Origin: Squalus acanthias
Taxonomy: Eukaryota
DNA: 64,000 nucleotides
Direction: 5' to 3'
Assembly (NCBI GenBank): GCA_030390025.1
Contig: CM059432.1
Coordinates: 30,506,001 to 30,570,000 of the forward strand
Numbering within the stretch: position 1 is the stretch's first letter; each line of letters starts with the position of its first letter. The translations under genes were made by a program, and so were the position numbers. Shown piece after piece: positions 49,686 through 62,944 of this stretch. The notes under the pieces are model-generated. The model searched no databases. It was not told the DNA's origin and saw nothing but the letters and a program-made list of their open reading frames with translations.

Positions 49686-50904
49686 ATTCAGACTATACCA
49701 GGAATCCATTAGCTCGCTCAGCTATAGGGATTTGTTGCAACAAGGTGAGCACTCAGGGCATTATCACTACTGAACTCACCTGAGGTCTTCAAGAATTAAG
49801 CCACACTTAAGTATGGCTACAACCCAGCTCCTTCCCTCAACAAAGGTTCCTGCTACTGAACCCCATAAGCTGGTGTTGTGAGTATGTTGCTTTCTTCTCA
49901 CTACTCTTTGGTCCAGCATTCAGGCTTCAAGCACGCTCTGGTGTTACTGCTTGTGCTCACCAGCCTTATTTTAATAAAGGAGCAAATGCTGTATAAAATA
50001 AATCCACAGGTGAATTAACAAGGACCAAAACAGATTATCAAATGCAATATTTTGGTATCTGAAGCACTAATCAAAACTGTGGGTCACCAAATATTTGTCA
50101 AGAATTAAGATTGTCAATTATTTTGACTAAATTGTCTGTCAGATTTATTCATTGGTTCAGTAATATTGGGAGGAAAGCAATTATTAAAAAAATAAGCTCA
50201 TTATTAAAACTCAAAATGTATTGCATATCTTTCCTGAATAGGTAGGACCATTAATATGTTATACAGATGATCATGGGGACACTACCGACAACTATTTACA
50301 TAGTCCGAGTTTGGTTGGAGTTGTTTTATCTGGATGAGCTCAAAGCAAGGTCCAAATCAGAGTCATTCTAAGATGGATACAAGCTGGTTGGTTGAAACGT
50401 AACCATGGTTTTAAGTGTACAGAAAGTACAAATCAGTTCAAATGTGTACAAAATGGAACTGGATCTGCTTAAGAAGGGAATCAACAGAAGATTGTGTTAG
50501 TCCCATCAATTTGGTCCCATAGGCAACAATGGATAGAAATATTTTTCTTCAATTGTTGCTGTTAGTCGACATTAAAATCTGGTCCCTTTACCTCTAAGCC
50601 TGAGGTTAAAATAAAAAAGAGAGCTCTCCAAAGAGAAGGGAATTGTGTAGACTCAGTCAATGTGAATCCACAGTGCAAAACATCACAGTGTTTTGTGTAG
50701 ATTGGGTTATGACAGCATTTCCTAAGGCCATTTGTTCAATAAATGATATTCATTCTTCTTTGCCTTCCATTTTTAATTACTTCTTCACCTCACTCTTTTG
50801 ATTGCCTCCCCAATGCTGCACATCCTTTCCCAGGTATCAGGGAAGGAAGTCAACATTTACTGTGCCTCAGCCTGATTCTCCTGATAGCCTAGCCCTTGTG
50901 AATA

Positions 50905-51250
50905 ACAGTACGGCCGAGTGCAGTACTGTGCCACAGGGAGCAGAAGTTCCTTGGGTTTATCCTTGTCTGCGCTGACTGAGCTGATCTTAGCTAGAGAAAA
51001 TAGGGTGCGACAGTTAGCCTCAGCAATCCTGGCCTGAAGTCAGGAAAAATAAATCAGCTCTTGATTGCTATCCAGTGGACCCTGCTGCAAAATCCATGCT
51101 TGAGGATCTTGGATGAGGACAGGATTGGTTTTGACTATGATGCACTCTGCAGTCAAATAGCTTGCCAGCACTCACTGTCTATGGTCACCCATGAACAAGA
51201 ACTACCTGAATAAGGCGCAGAGAGTTGCCAGCCTGTGTAGCACCATACCC
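50905..51250 (+). repeat. Ancient SINE-like dispersed repeat (related copies near 13200-13400 and 23985-24270)
   Basis: Shared degenerate motifs (GCTGATCT.AGCT, GGACAGGATTGG, AATAGC.TGC...ACTCACTGTC); family not identified. Confidence 0.35.
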
Positions 51251-52399
51251 AACAAGAGCCAGTGGCTTGAATTCTCCTCCCATTCATGGGTTTGGGGCAG
51301 GGTAGTCTTGACACCTGTCAATGTGAAACCATGGCTAACTCACTTCCAATTCCCTTCCAGAACCCTCATTAACCAGCCAGGGCGGTTTGGAGGCCGAAAC
51401 ACTGCCCCTCATTGGTTTGCTGCCACTAGGAGGGAGGAGAATGCAGTTCTGGTGCGGTGTTTAAAAGGCTGCAGCCAGTAACAGGGCAGTATTATTTCTC
51501 AGCAGGAAAGCAGAAAGAGCAGCAGCCTCAGGGGTGTCAGCAGCTGGAGGGGCCGCAAGCTTTTCTGATGAGTCAGTGGAAGTGCGAGTGGCAGAAGTGC
51601 CATTGTGTGCCCAGCTATACAAGCTCCACTGTCTTTCACATCATGGAGGGTGCCTTGAAGGAAGAGGCCAGCCACTCTGTTGACTGATCGGGTACTTCCA
51701 GATCAAGAGCTTCTGCCATGTTGACGCCGGGCAGGGGAGGGGGGTTGGGGGGGGGGGGCGGGAATTTTAACGGCCAGTGGGTTTCCAGCTAATATGACCA
51801 ATAGTCATTTCTAGACTTATAAGAGTACGCTTTATGAGCGCACACTGCTACTGCAGAGCCTTCCCCACCAGGGCCACATATTGGGATGTCTTTAGGACTG
51901 CATCTATAATTCCCCAATATGCACCCCCAGCAGTTGAGGCTCTAAACTAGGAGCTCGCATTTGTAAAATCAGCCCTGTGAATCAGAGGTTGTCTCACGTG
52001 TGTGTAAGTGAATTTGTCCTCACCCCTTGAAGGCCTGGTGTCACACTTAGACTGGGTACACTATTTAGGCTGACACTCTAGTGCAGTACTGAGGCAGTGA
52101 TGCATTGTTAGAGGTGCCATCCTTCAAATGAACCATTAAACCAAGGTCTTATCGGACTGTTCTGATGGTTCAGCTGGATTGTAAAGATTCCCTTGGCCCT
52201 ATTCATGAAAATGTCGGTTTCCTGGGCAACACTCCTCCCTCAACCAACACCACCGAAAACAGATTAACTGTTGTTCAATGCTGTTCACTGGATACTACTG
52301 GTGCAGAATAGCTGAATCATTTCCTTACATAACAGTCACTGTATTTCAAAAGGTAATTCATTATGAAAACATTTTAAGGTTTTTTGATATGTTAAGGCA

Positions 52400-53130
52400 T
52401 TAAATGGTGAGAAGCTAGGAACTGTGGAGGAGAAGAGAGATTTAGGGATCCATGTACAGAAATCACTAAAAACTAGTGGACAGATACAAAAAATAATTTA
52501 AAAGGCTGCTGGAAGGTTAGCCTTTTTCTCAAGGGAGCTGGAATACAAAGGGCTGGAAGTTATGTTACAGTTATATAAAGCTCTGGTCAGACCGCATCTA
52601 GAGTACTGCGTTCAGTTCTGGGCACCATACCGTAGGAAGGATATATTGGCCTTGGAGGGGGTGTAGCGCAGATTCACCAGAATTATACCAGGGCTAAAAG
52701 GATTAAATTATGACAGGTTGCATAGACTAGGCTTGTATTCCCTTGAGTATAGAAGACTAAGGGGCGATCCAATTGAGATGTTTAAAATAATTAAAGGATT
52801 TGATAGGGTAGATAGAGAAAAACTATTTCCTCTTCTGGAGGGGTCCAGAGTTAGGGGGCATAACCTTAAAATTAGAGCTAGGCCATTCAGGGGTGATGTT
52901 AGGAAGCACTTCTTCACACAAAGGGTAGTGGAAATCTGGAACTCCCTCCTCAGAAGAATGTAGAAGCTCGGTCAATTGAAAGTTTCAAGACTGAGATTGC
53001 TAGATTTTTATTAAAGGATATAGAACCAAGGCAGATTAGTGGATTTGAGGTACGGATCAGCCATGATCTAATTGAAAGGCAGAACAGGGTTGAGGGGATG
53101 AATAGCCTATTCCTGATCCTATGCTCCTAA
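52400..53130 (+). mobile_element. CR1 LINE 3' fragment
   Basis: ORF 52718-52963 (RLGLYSLEYRRLRGD...FFTQRVVEIWNSL) and tail. Confidence 0.88.
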
Positions 53131-53148
53131 ATAAGTACAAGTATTATT

Positions 53149-53901
53149 GGCCCAGAAATTAAACACGGAGCGTTCCTGCGGGGGTAAGGCTTCCCCGCGA
53201 TATCTCACTGCGCGCCTACCTTTTCCCTCCGGGCTCACACGAACTTTAGTTTCAAGGCCAGTCCCACATGCAGCTGTGCAGTGCTTGCGTGACCCACAGA
53301 CGCAGTTAGTTCGTGCGAGCTCTGGGATCACGTGATTCAGTTAGAGCCAATGGCAGCACACCATCTTTCATTCATAGTTTTGACAGGAGAACTGTCAAAG
53401 CTATGAATACAATTTACCCTCAAAAGAACAGCTAAACCTCAATTAATTTTTTTTTAAAACCATCACATTAATAAAATAACTATAGTTAAATAAATTAACC
53501 ACTTTAAACAAAAATTTAAATTTTTGAAAAAATTTAAAATCTTTTTAAAAGTTATAAAAATAAACTTACCTTTCTTTAAAGTCTCTAAAAAAGATAAACC
53601 CGTTGAAAAAAATTTAAAATAATACTTAATTAACTACTTACCTTGTTTAAAGAGGGTCTTACGCCTCCTTTCTTTATGTGTAAAATCTTCCATGCTTACC
53701 TGCGCGTTCAAAGCACTAAGTGCACTGCGTGCGTGCAGCCTGTAGCGCGCACGCGGTTCACGTAGGAACCGCCCCCTTTTGAGTTCACAAAGTGCCGGTT
53801 TCCCGTGCATGCGTAGTGCATGCTGAAAACCGGCAATTGGAGACCTAAAACGCGAGAGTACACAGTGCGTACTCTCATGTATTAGGTCTAATTTTCGGGC
53901 C
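53149..53901. mobile_element. MITE family A, copy 3 (ATT TSD)
   Basis: TIRs GGCCCAGAAATT / AATTTTCGGGCC; ATT flanks. Confidence 0.9.
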
Positions 53902-55344
53902 ATTAAGTGGAATCGTTTCTCACAGCCTAAAATGAGGTTTGACTGGATGATCCCACAACGGATCCTATCCCAATTCCACCACCATTTGAAGCAGGCTATA
54001 CTCGTCTGAGGGTGGTGCTGAAATACACGGAGAGCAACCGCGCTTAAGCTTACGTTTTCTGATTACACACTGATCGGCTTACTGCGGGCGGGCTGCCTGT
54101 GATCTTGTGACAGGCGCTGACAGCTGGCGAAGATTTCCTGCTGCCAGCACATACTCAGAAAGAGAGCCCCTTTATATCTGGTGCGTGACACCCGAGTGTA
54201 CTCTCTGTTGTTACTGGAGGAAAAATGTGACAGAGCTGCATTCATTTCATTCCCCTTGCCGAATACACATATAAGTGCATAGAGAATCTTCTTGATGCGT
54301 TGTTAATGCTTTCATCAAACCCATTCGAGATATAATGAGCATTTTAGGAATCATCTTACTGCACTTCTGCAGGAATATTCAACTGCTGAGGCATCTATCT
54401 TATGTAATCATTCTTTGTCACTATCAGCAAGAATTCTTGTGAATAAACCTGGAAAGGTTTTGTGGCAATTGTCTGCATCTTCTCAGGAGCTCTGCATTTT
54501 GGCTTTGTTCTCTTAATGTACGCCTTGTCTACACTGTTCCAACCAAGTTCAATGCAGACTCCAAGAACAGCTGCCCCTCTTCCTCCTGGGCACTCTACAG
54601 GCCACAAGTTGGAATATTAATTTTAACAACCTCAGGCTCGAGCTGACTCCTGGATTATTCTGCTGGCTTCTCCCATTCACAAATCTGTGCTTTTCCTTCT
54701 ATTTTGGACATGTTTATATTCATTGATAGTCTTTGTCCTGGCTTTTTCCATCATTTTAGAATCTGCTTACATTCCTTTAAACCCGATAGCTGCCTCTTTG
54801 TAAAAGTATTTTGAATATCTGTGCTTTCGGACTTCACCTGTGGTTCTCCCTTCTCCCCTTTGCTTTGGTCAGTCCTTCCTGCCTCTTTCTTTCATTCATT
54901 CTTATGATGTGGGCATCGCTGGCAAGGCCAGCATTTATTGCCCATACCTAGTTGTCCTTGAGAAGGTGGTGGTGAGCCTTCTTCTTGAACAACTCCAGTC
55001 CATGTTGAAGTTGCATCCACAATGCTGTTAGGTAGGGAGCTGCACAGTTCTGGTGATGAGAATCACCTGAAACGTTAACCTTTTTTTTGTTTCCGAGGCT
55101 GTGCTTTCCTTGCATTTTCTGTTTCGATTTGTTCTTTCCGTGTTTACTGGTACTGCATATAATTACCTTATATTGGCCGTTAATTATTCACATGACACAT
55201 AGCTAGCCTGGGTAAAGCTGATTAGCTAGCTCAGTATGTGTATTCTGGATACTGTCAGGAAAATACATCTCAAATGCACCTTCGAGCTCACTCAGGCAAG
55301 TTTGTCTTGGAACAATTCAGCACACAAGATGAAAGCATTTTGAA

Positions 55345-55970
55345 AAGCAGAATATTCTTTAAATGGTGAGAGATTGGGAAATGTTGGTATTCAGAGGGAC
55401 CTGGGTGTCCTTGTACATGAATCGATGAAAGTTAACATACAAGTACAGCAAGCAATTAGGAAAGCAAATGGCATGTTAGCTTTTATTACTAAAGGATTGG
55501 AGTATAAGAGTAAAGAAGTCTTACTGCAATTATATAGGGCCTTGGTGAGACCACACTTGAAGTACTGTGCACAGTTTTGGTCTCCTTATCTAAGGAAGGG
55601 TGTACTTGCCTTGGAGGGAGTGCAACAAAGGTTCATCAGACTGATTCCTGAGATGGGGAGTCTAGAACAAGGGGCCACAGTCTCAGAATAAAGGGTCGGT
55701 CATTTAGGACTGAGCTGAGGAGAAATTTCTTTACTTAAAGGGTTGTGAATCTTTGGAATTCTCTACCCCAGAGGGCCGTGGATGCTCAGTTGTTGAGTAT
55801 ATTCAAGACAGAGATCGATAGATTTTTGGATATTAAGGGAATCAAGTGATATAGGGATAATGCGAAAAGGAGGAGTTGAGGTAGAAGATCAGCCATGATC
55901 TTATTGAATGGCGGAGCAGGCTCGAAGGGCCGAATGGCCTACTCCTGCTCCTATTTCTTATGTTCTTATT
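55345..55970 (+). mobile_element. CR1 LINE 3' fragment with internal deletion
   Basis: ORF 55374-55691 (QRDLGVLVH...RPHLKYCAQFWSP) and tail. Confidence 0.88.
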
Positions 55971-56218
55971 AAAGGCAGTGTTACTGGGGCCTTTCTACTT
56001 ATCCAATTGTTAACCTCCTGCTGCTGTCCACATGACCCATCTGCTCATCAGATTCTCCCCCAAACCGCAAAGAACACCCCTGCCTGGGTAACCTTAATCC
56101 TACTCAACAGGCCTGCAAATCAGATTCATGCCAGTACCATTAGCTCCTTCCTCTACCCCAACTGTGAAAACAAAGTGTAGCTTACAAACATTAATTAAGT
56201 ACTTTATTCAATAATAAT

Positions 56219-56960
56219 GGCCCAGAAATTGGAGTTCGATGGTTGCTGCGGGGGTAAGGATCCCCCGCAATATTGCACTCCGTGCCTGCCTTTATGGTTT
56301 TGGCCCACACGAACTTCAGTTCCTGGGCCTCTCCCTGGTGCCGGCGCGCAGTGTGTGCGTGTCCCAGAGGCGCAGTTAGTTCGATGCTACCTCTGGGATC
56401 ACATGGGCCAGTTAGAGCCAATGGCAGCACACCATCTTTCATTCATAGTTTTGACAGCAACAAGCCCCCAAAAGAACAGCTAAACCTCAATTAAATTTTT
56501 TTTAAAAACCATCACATTAATAAAATAACTATAGTTAAATAAATTAACCACTTTAAACAAAAATTTCAATTTTTGAAAAAATTTAAATTCTTTTTAAAAG
56601 TTATAAAAATAAACTTACCTTTCTTTAAAGTCTCTAAAAAAGATAAACCTGTTGAATTTTTTTTTAAATAATACATAATTAACTACTTACCTTGTTAAAA
56701 GGGGGTCTTATGCTTGCTTTCTTTATGTGTAAAATCTTCAACACTTACCTGCGCGTTCAAACCTGAAAAAAAAACTAAGTGCGCTGCGTGCGCACAACCT
56801 GTAGCGCGCACGCGGTTCACTTAGGAACCGCCCCCTTCGCAATACCCGAAGTGCCAGTTTCCCGCGCATGCGCAGTGCATACAGGAAACCGGCACTTCGG
56901 GACCTAATACGCGAGAGTACACAGTGCATAATCTCCCGTATTAGGTCTAATTTTCGGGCC
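56219..56960. mobile_element. MITE family A, copy 4 (AAT TSD)
   Basis: TIRs GGCCCAGAAATT / AATTTTCGGGCC; AAT flanks; highly similar to copy 3. Confidence 0.9.
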
Positions 56961-56962
56961 AA

Positions 56963-57452
56963 TGTTGTGGGATTTCTCTCTGCCTCAAAGCAGACGGAGA
57001 CGAGCGTATACTGGTTCCAAGCAATCTTTATTCAAGCACGTGCAGGGCGAGGCCCTCTCAGTCTGAGCTGAGACAGGAGTCTAATTTTTACATTCGAGCA
57101 GTTGGCTTATATACAATCTTACATCTTCTTTCCTTCACATCTTTGGGACTTGGCCAATTAATTGTCCAAGTCACGTACACTTAATCACATCTCCACAAAA
57201 CACATCTTGTTTATCTCATTTGCCCTGTTTCCATATCTGCCATTGTTCTATCCAATTTACGTACGCTTAACCACATCTTCGCAAATCACATCTTGGCGGC
57301 CCATTGTTCAATGTATGGCCTCCTTGATTCTTTTACTCCCCCAATCATCGTGTAATATGCTTTTTCCAACTGTCTTTGTTCTGCCAGACTTCTCCTTCAT
57401 TACATCAGCCAGCTAGTCAGTTAAGCCGCTAATCTAACTTTTAACCCCTTCA
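56963..57452 (-). mobile_element. Solo LTR (490 bp)
   Basis: Minus strand TGAAGGGG...TATATAAG (~57110)...AATAAA (~57030)...CACAACA; ATAA duplicated on both flanks once the adjacent MITE is removed. Confidence 0.65.
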
Positions 57453-57469
57453 ATAATAAATTATGAATA

Positions 57470-58153
57470 GTGGTAGGTTGCGCTGGTTTTTCCAGCACAA
57501 TTCGCCTGAAATTGGCCAAACCAGCGCATAAGATCGAGGAATCTCAAACGCAAGTTACGTCCAGCGCTAATCGAGTCTCCACAAACTTTTTCGCTGGTTT
57601 AAAAAACATCGCGCTGGAAGCCTGCGCAGCCCACGAACCTGGCTACGCCCTCAGATTGAATTAATCACCATGGCGAGTTTCCGCTAATTGTGCCTGTTTG
57701 TGGCCCTTCAAAGTAAGTTTGTTTATTTAGGCACAAGGGCACTAATAGGCACTTTTAAAAAGATTTTAAATAATAAAAAATATTTAATTTACTAAGAAAC
57801 TGACTAGTGCACACCAATGAAATTAGTAAATGGTTCTGTAAATCATTTTTAGTTATTTAAAATCGGGTTACTCACAGGTGGAGACTGGGCGCTCTTATTA
57901 AAAATGCATTTTCAGCTATATTAATAAAACTGCACCGGGTTACCACTCTTAAATATATCAAGGGAAAATAATAAACAATTATGTTCTAAAACGCAGCCCA
58001 AATGCGCTGGTTCATGTCAGATTTTAAGTTTGTGAATATGTAAATGAGTTTGAGCGGTCACTTGAACCATCACTTCACTTAGGAACACCAGCACATGTTT
58101 AAGCGCAATTTGCGCCCAGATTGCCGATTGCCCCCAAAGCGAAACGTTACCCC
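57470..58153. mobile_element. Degenerate MITE with GC-rich ends and AT-rich core
   Basis: Imperfect TIRs GTGGTAGGTTGCGCT / AGCGAAACGTTACCCC; repeated GCGCTGG/CCAGCGC motifs. Confidence 0.5.
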
Positions 58154-58974
58154 ACAATCTCTATGGGGCAATGCTAAATAAAGGACAGCGATGCACAGAA
58201 GAGAAAAAGAAAGTGATCCCAAGCGTAAAGTGGATGCGCTGAGAGAGAAGAATAGAGAAGCTTAAGCTTCACAGTCTGGAGAGAAGGTGGGAATGGAGAA
58301 TTTCACTGAGGTATGTAAAATATTAAATAATATAGATAAGCTGCATCCAGAGTAATCAGACAAATAGGATCACAGGGCATAACTTTGAATTAATGAAAAT
58401 ATGAAATTTTATGCTTCAAATTTGCATTTAGTGAGCCTTGGGCAGCAAGTTAGTGGTAGGTTTTTGTTATATTTTTTATCTCACTACTGCTCCGTTCACA
58501 CTGAAAAATGAGGTGATAGTGAGATGAAAACCACCACAGAATGTTCCCAGGTACACAGGAGAGGAAAATGTATCTAATTGTGTCTTGTGTTTGCAAACAT
58601 CGCACTCTAGATGCATTGCTACAAAACAATCTTAAAATGCTGGGTGCTTCTGAGGTGCAGCTCGAAACTGACAAGCATTTGTCAATTTGTAAATGTGTCT
58701 GACCAAAGAACATCAAAACTCTGATTGACTTTAAGCCAGCCTCCTGTGTTTACTTTACAGCAAAGGGACCCAGCTCCAGCTCAGCAGAATAAATCATTGT
58801 GTATTACATGACATAACGCTCCTGGCCCTTATATTTAAGACAAAACTTTCTTCCGAGCAATGCCACAGGAGGTCTACTGGTGCATATATAAAAACATTTG
58901 AGTCCATCGCACTTGAACCATCGCACTTTGTTACAGAGGCAAAAACCAATTAAAAAAAAAACATTATGCTGACC

Positions 58975-60310
58975 TTACATAGGATATACAGCACAGAAAC
59001 AGGCCATTCAGTCCAACCAACCAACCGAGCGTTTATGCTCCACTAGAGCCTCCTCCCGTCTTTCCTCATCTAACTCTATCAGCATAGCCCTCTATTCCCT
59101 TCTCCCTCATATGCTTATCTAACTGCCCCTTAAATGCATTTATACTATTCGCTTCAACCACTCCCTGTGGTAGCGAGTTCCACATTCTCACCACTCTCTG
59201 GGTAAAGAAGTTTCTTCTGAATTCCCTATTTTCCCTATTTGATTTCTTGGTGACTATCTTATATTGATGGCCTTTAGTTTTGCTCTTCCCCTCAAGTGGA
59301 AACACTCTCTCTGTGTCTACTCTATCAACACCTTTCATAATTTTAAAGATCTCTATAGGTCACCCCTCAGCCTTCTCTTTTCAAGAGAAAAGAGACCCAG
59401 CCTGTTCATCCTTTCCTGGTATGTATACCCTCGCATTTCTGGTATCATCCTTGTAAATCTTCTCTGCACCCTCTCCAGTGCCTCTAAATCCTTTTTATAA
59501 TATGGCGACCAGAATTGTATGCAGTACTCCAAGTGTGGTCTAACCAAGGTTCGATACAAAATTAGCATAACTTCACTACTTTTCAATTCTATCCCTCTAG
59601 AAATAAACCCTAATGCTTCGTTTGCTTTTTTAATGGTTTTGTTAACCTGTGTCGATACTTTTATTGATTTGTGTATTTGTACTCCGAGATCCCTTTGCTC
59701 CTCTACCCCATTTAGATCCAAGTAATATGTGACCTCCCTATTTTTCTTACCAAACCATTGGTGGCCGTGCCTTCTGTTGCCGAGGCCCTAAACTCTGGAA
59801 TTCCCTGTCTAAACCTCTCCGCCTTGCTACTTCTCTTTCCTCCTTTAAGATGCTCCTTAAAACCTACCTCTTCGACCAAGCTTTTGGTCACCTGCCCTAA
59901 TTTCTCCTTATGTGGCGCGGTGTCAAATTTTTTGTCTTTTAATACTCCTGTGAAGCGCCTTGGACCGTTTTACTACGTTAAAGGCACTATATAAATACAA
60001 GTTGTTGTTGTTGAATTTCATTTGCCAATTATATGCCCATTCTGCAAGTTTATTAATGTCTTCTTGTAATTTGTTGCAGTCTGCCTCAGTATTGACTATC
60101 TCCCCTAATTTGGTGTTGTCTGCAAATTTAGAAATTGTGTTTTTGATTCCAAATTCTAATTCGTTAATATAAATTGTGCACATCAGTGGTCCCAGCACTG
60201 ATCCTTGTGGAACACCACTATCCACCTTCTACCACTCTGAATAGCTACCCTTTACCCCTACTCTCTGCCCTCTATCTTGAAGCCAGCTAGCTAGGCATTC
60301 TGCTACTTGT
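58975..60310 (-). mobile_element. CR1 LINE (same subfamily as 9575-11230), interrupted by an L2 tail
   Basis: ORFs 59923-60225, 59353-59721, 59066-59338. Confidence 0.92.
59755..60013 (+). mobile_element. L2-type LINE 3' end inserted in CR1
   Basis: GGRAF...WNSL coding end and (GTT)n tail; matches 23620-23841. Confidence 0.75.
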
Positions 60311-60624
60311 GGTGGATTCAGAGATTCACAAGCAACTTCCAATCTACAGAAAAACGACTGCCCTCTTGTTGATCTCAGGATGTGCCTATTTGTCACAATT
60401 AGACAATTGCAGCCATGAAGGGACTCAGTGCCTTAGAAGCAGAATGATACACAGTGCGTCATGCAGTAATGCTCCAGTCCTTATAAAACATGTTGGGGGA
60501 AGAACATCCATTGCTCTCTCTTGATCTCCCGCCATATCTTCGACTGAGGCTTGGTGCACACCCAGAGACAGGGCATGGACGGCCGTTTGCACCATTTCTC
60601 CAGGGTTTCTGCCACTCTCCCACC

Positions 60625-61142
60625 ATACATACGAACATACGAATTAGGAGCAGGAGTAGGCCACTCGGCCCCTCGAGCCTGCTCTGCCATTCTATAAGAT
60701 CGTGGCTGATCTGATTACTCCACATTCCCGCCTACCCCCGATAACCTTTCACCCCCTTGCTTATCAAGAATCTATCTACCTCTGCCTTAAAAATATTCAA
60801 AGACTCTGCTTCCACCGCCCTCTGAGAAGAGAGTTCCAAAGACTCATGACCCTCTGTGAGAAAAACATTTCCTCATCTCTGGCTTAAATGGGCGACCCCT
60901 TATTTTTAAACAGTGACCCCTAGTTCTAGATTCTCCCACAAGAGGAAACATCCTCTCCACATCCACCCTGCCAAGATCCCTCAGGATCTTATATGTTTCA
61001 ATCAAGTCAGCTCTTACTCTTCTAAACTCCAGCAGATATAAGCCTAGCCTGTCCAACCTTTCCTCAGAAGACAACCCGCCCATTCCAGGTATTAGTCTAG
61101 TAAACCTTCTCTGAACTGCTTCCAACGCATTTACATCCTTCC
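60625..61142 (-). mobile_element. CR1 LINE 3' fragment
   Basis: ORF 60844-61125; tail of ACGAACAT repeats. Confidence 0.88.
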
Positions 61143-61679
61143 AAAGTCACAGCAGGAGATCAGGAGAACCTCCGCAGAAATTCTAAGACAATTATCCCCA
61201 AGTTACCATGAGAAACGCCATGGGAGATTTGCTAGTATTTATAGAAATAATAAAACATAACTAAGATGTAAAAGTGACACAGTGTAAAAATGACTGGGGT
61301 GTAGAAGAATTTCCAAATGCAGCAAAAACATAACTAGGAGGTAAAAGAACTTCATGATGTAGTGAAAATCTAACTGGGATGTATTGGAACCGCAGAATGT
61401 AGTGAAAAAATTCTTTATTACACTGTAGTTATTAAACTCATAAATGATCCGTGAGAAATTCTTCAAAGAGGTGACCTTAGGGCAAAATAATTTCTTATCT
61501 GGTAGCAGATGGGTCTTTTTCCAACCAATATATTTTTCCACTCTCAATAGAATTATTACAGAATTATTTTTAAAAATACTTTGCATTTAGTCTTACTGCA
61601 TGTCAATTGAAAAGCAAAATAAATCATTCATTTTCTCCCACCCCTCAGTATCGCGTTTCAGAAAGATACATTCCTCGCT

Positions 61680-62120
61680 GTCAGCTGTGGCTCAGTTGGT
61701 AGCGCACTGTCTTCTGAGTCAGAAGGTTGTGGGTTCAAATTCCACTCCAGCGACTTGAGCACATAAATCTAGGCTGACACTCCAGTGCTGCACTGTTGGA
61801 GGTGCCGTCATTTGGATGAGACGTTAAACCGAGGCCCCGTCTGCTCTCTCAGGTGGACATAAAAAATCCCATGGCACTATTTCGAAGAAGAGCAGGGGAG
61901 TTATCCCTGGTGTTCTGGCCAATATTTATCCCTCAATCAATATAACAAAAACAGATTATCTGGTCATTATCACATTGCTGTTTGTGGGAGCTTGCTGTGC
62001 GCAATATTGGCTGCTGCGTTTCCCACATTACAACAGTAACTACACTCCAAAAGTACTTAATTGGCTGTAAAGGGCTTTGTGACGTCCGGTGGTCGGGAAA
62101 GGCGGTATATAAATGCAAGT
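61680..62120 (+). mobile_element. Deu-domain SINE, near full length, followed by a CR1 3' tail (62121-62322)
   Basis: GTGGCTCAGTTGGTAGC A-box, GGTTCAAATTCC B-box, Deu core, TATATAAATGCAAGT tail. Confidence 0.87.
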
Positions 62121-62569
62121 CCCAGAGGGCTGTGAATGCTGAGTCTTTAAGTATATTCAAGGCTGAGATCGATAGATTTTTGGACTCTAGGGGAATCAAG
62201 GGATATGGAGATCGGGCGGGAAATTGGCATTGAGGTCGATGATCAGCTATGATCTTATTGAATGGTGCAGCAGGCTCGAGGGGCCGTATGGCCTACTCCT
62301 GCTCTTATTTCTTATGTTCTAAGTCAATCTTTCTTTCTTTTTCTTTCAGGTTTTTTTGTGTCCTGCTTCCTACTGGCTTGTAGCCAACTTGGAAATTATT
62401 CCAAAACCCAATCGTTTGGATTGTGTGATCTTTGAGTCTTTGTGTGTGTTAGTTCTTTAAAGATTCTCCAAACCTTCACAGAATCTCTCTCTGGAACTGT
62501 GCCCAGATTAAATGTTGGTTTGCTATTTAGATATAACGTAATCAAAGAATATCTGATGTTTCTTCAGAA

Positions 62570-62780
62570 ATAGATAGAGAGAGAGAGAGACACACAGAGA
62601 GAGAAAGACACACACACACACACACAACTAGAGAGACTGAGAGAGAGACACACACAAAATGACAGACAGAAACAGAAAGAGAGAGTCAGACAAACAGACA
62701 CACAGACAACAAGAAAGATACAGACAGAGAGAGACTGAGAGAAAGACACACACGCAAAAACACACACACATATATATGCC
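62570..62780. repeat. Compound (GA)n/(CA)n low-complexity microsatellite
   Basis: Direct inspection. Confidence 0.9.
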
Positions 62781-62944
62781 AAGAGACACAGGGATACTTT
62801 TTGTAATTTATGGTCATCCTTTATTTTTGAATCCAGCAGCCTGGGCAGTAGTCTGAAGGAGTGAATCCCCTGGTTGTAAAACCAGCCTGATTATGGGATG
62901 AAATCAGGAGGGTTCTATAACAAGGGATGATATGGTCTGATAGA

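Noticed and set aside
61683..61750. tRNA gene (also ~24615-24680 and ~34420-34480)
   Set aside because: tRNA-derived SINE heads that continue into SINE bodies
62564..62856. Low-complexity ORFs
   Set aside because: Translation of a (GA)/(CA) microsatellite
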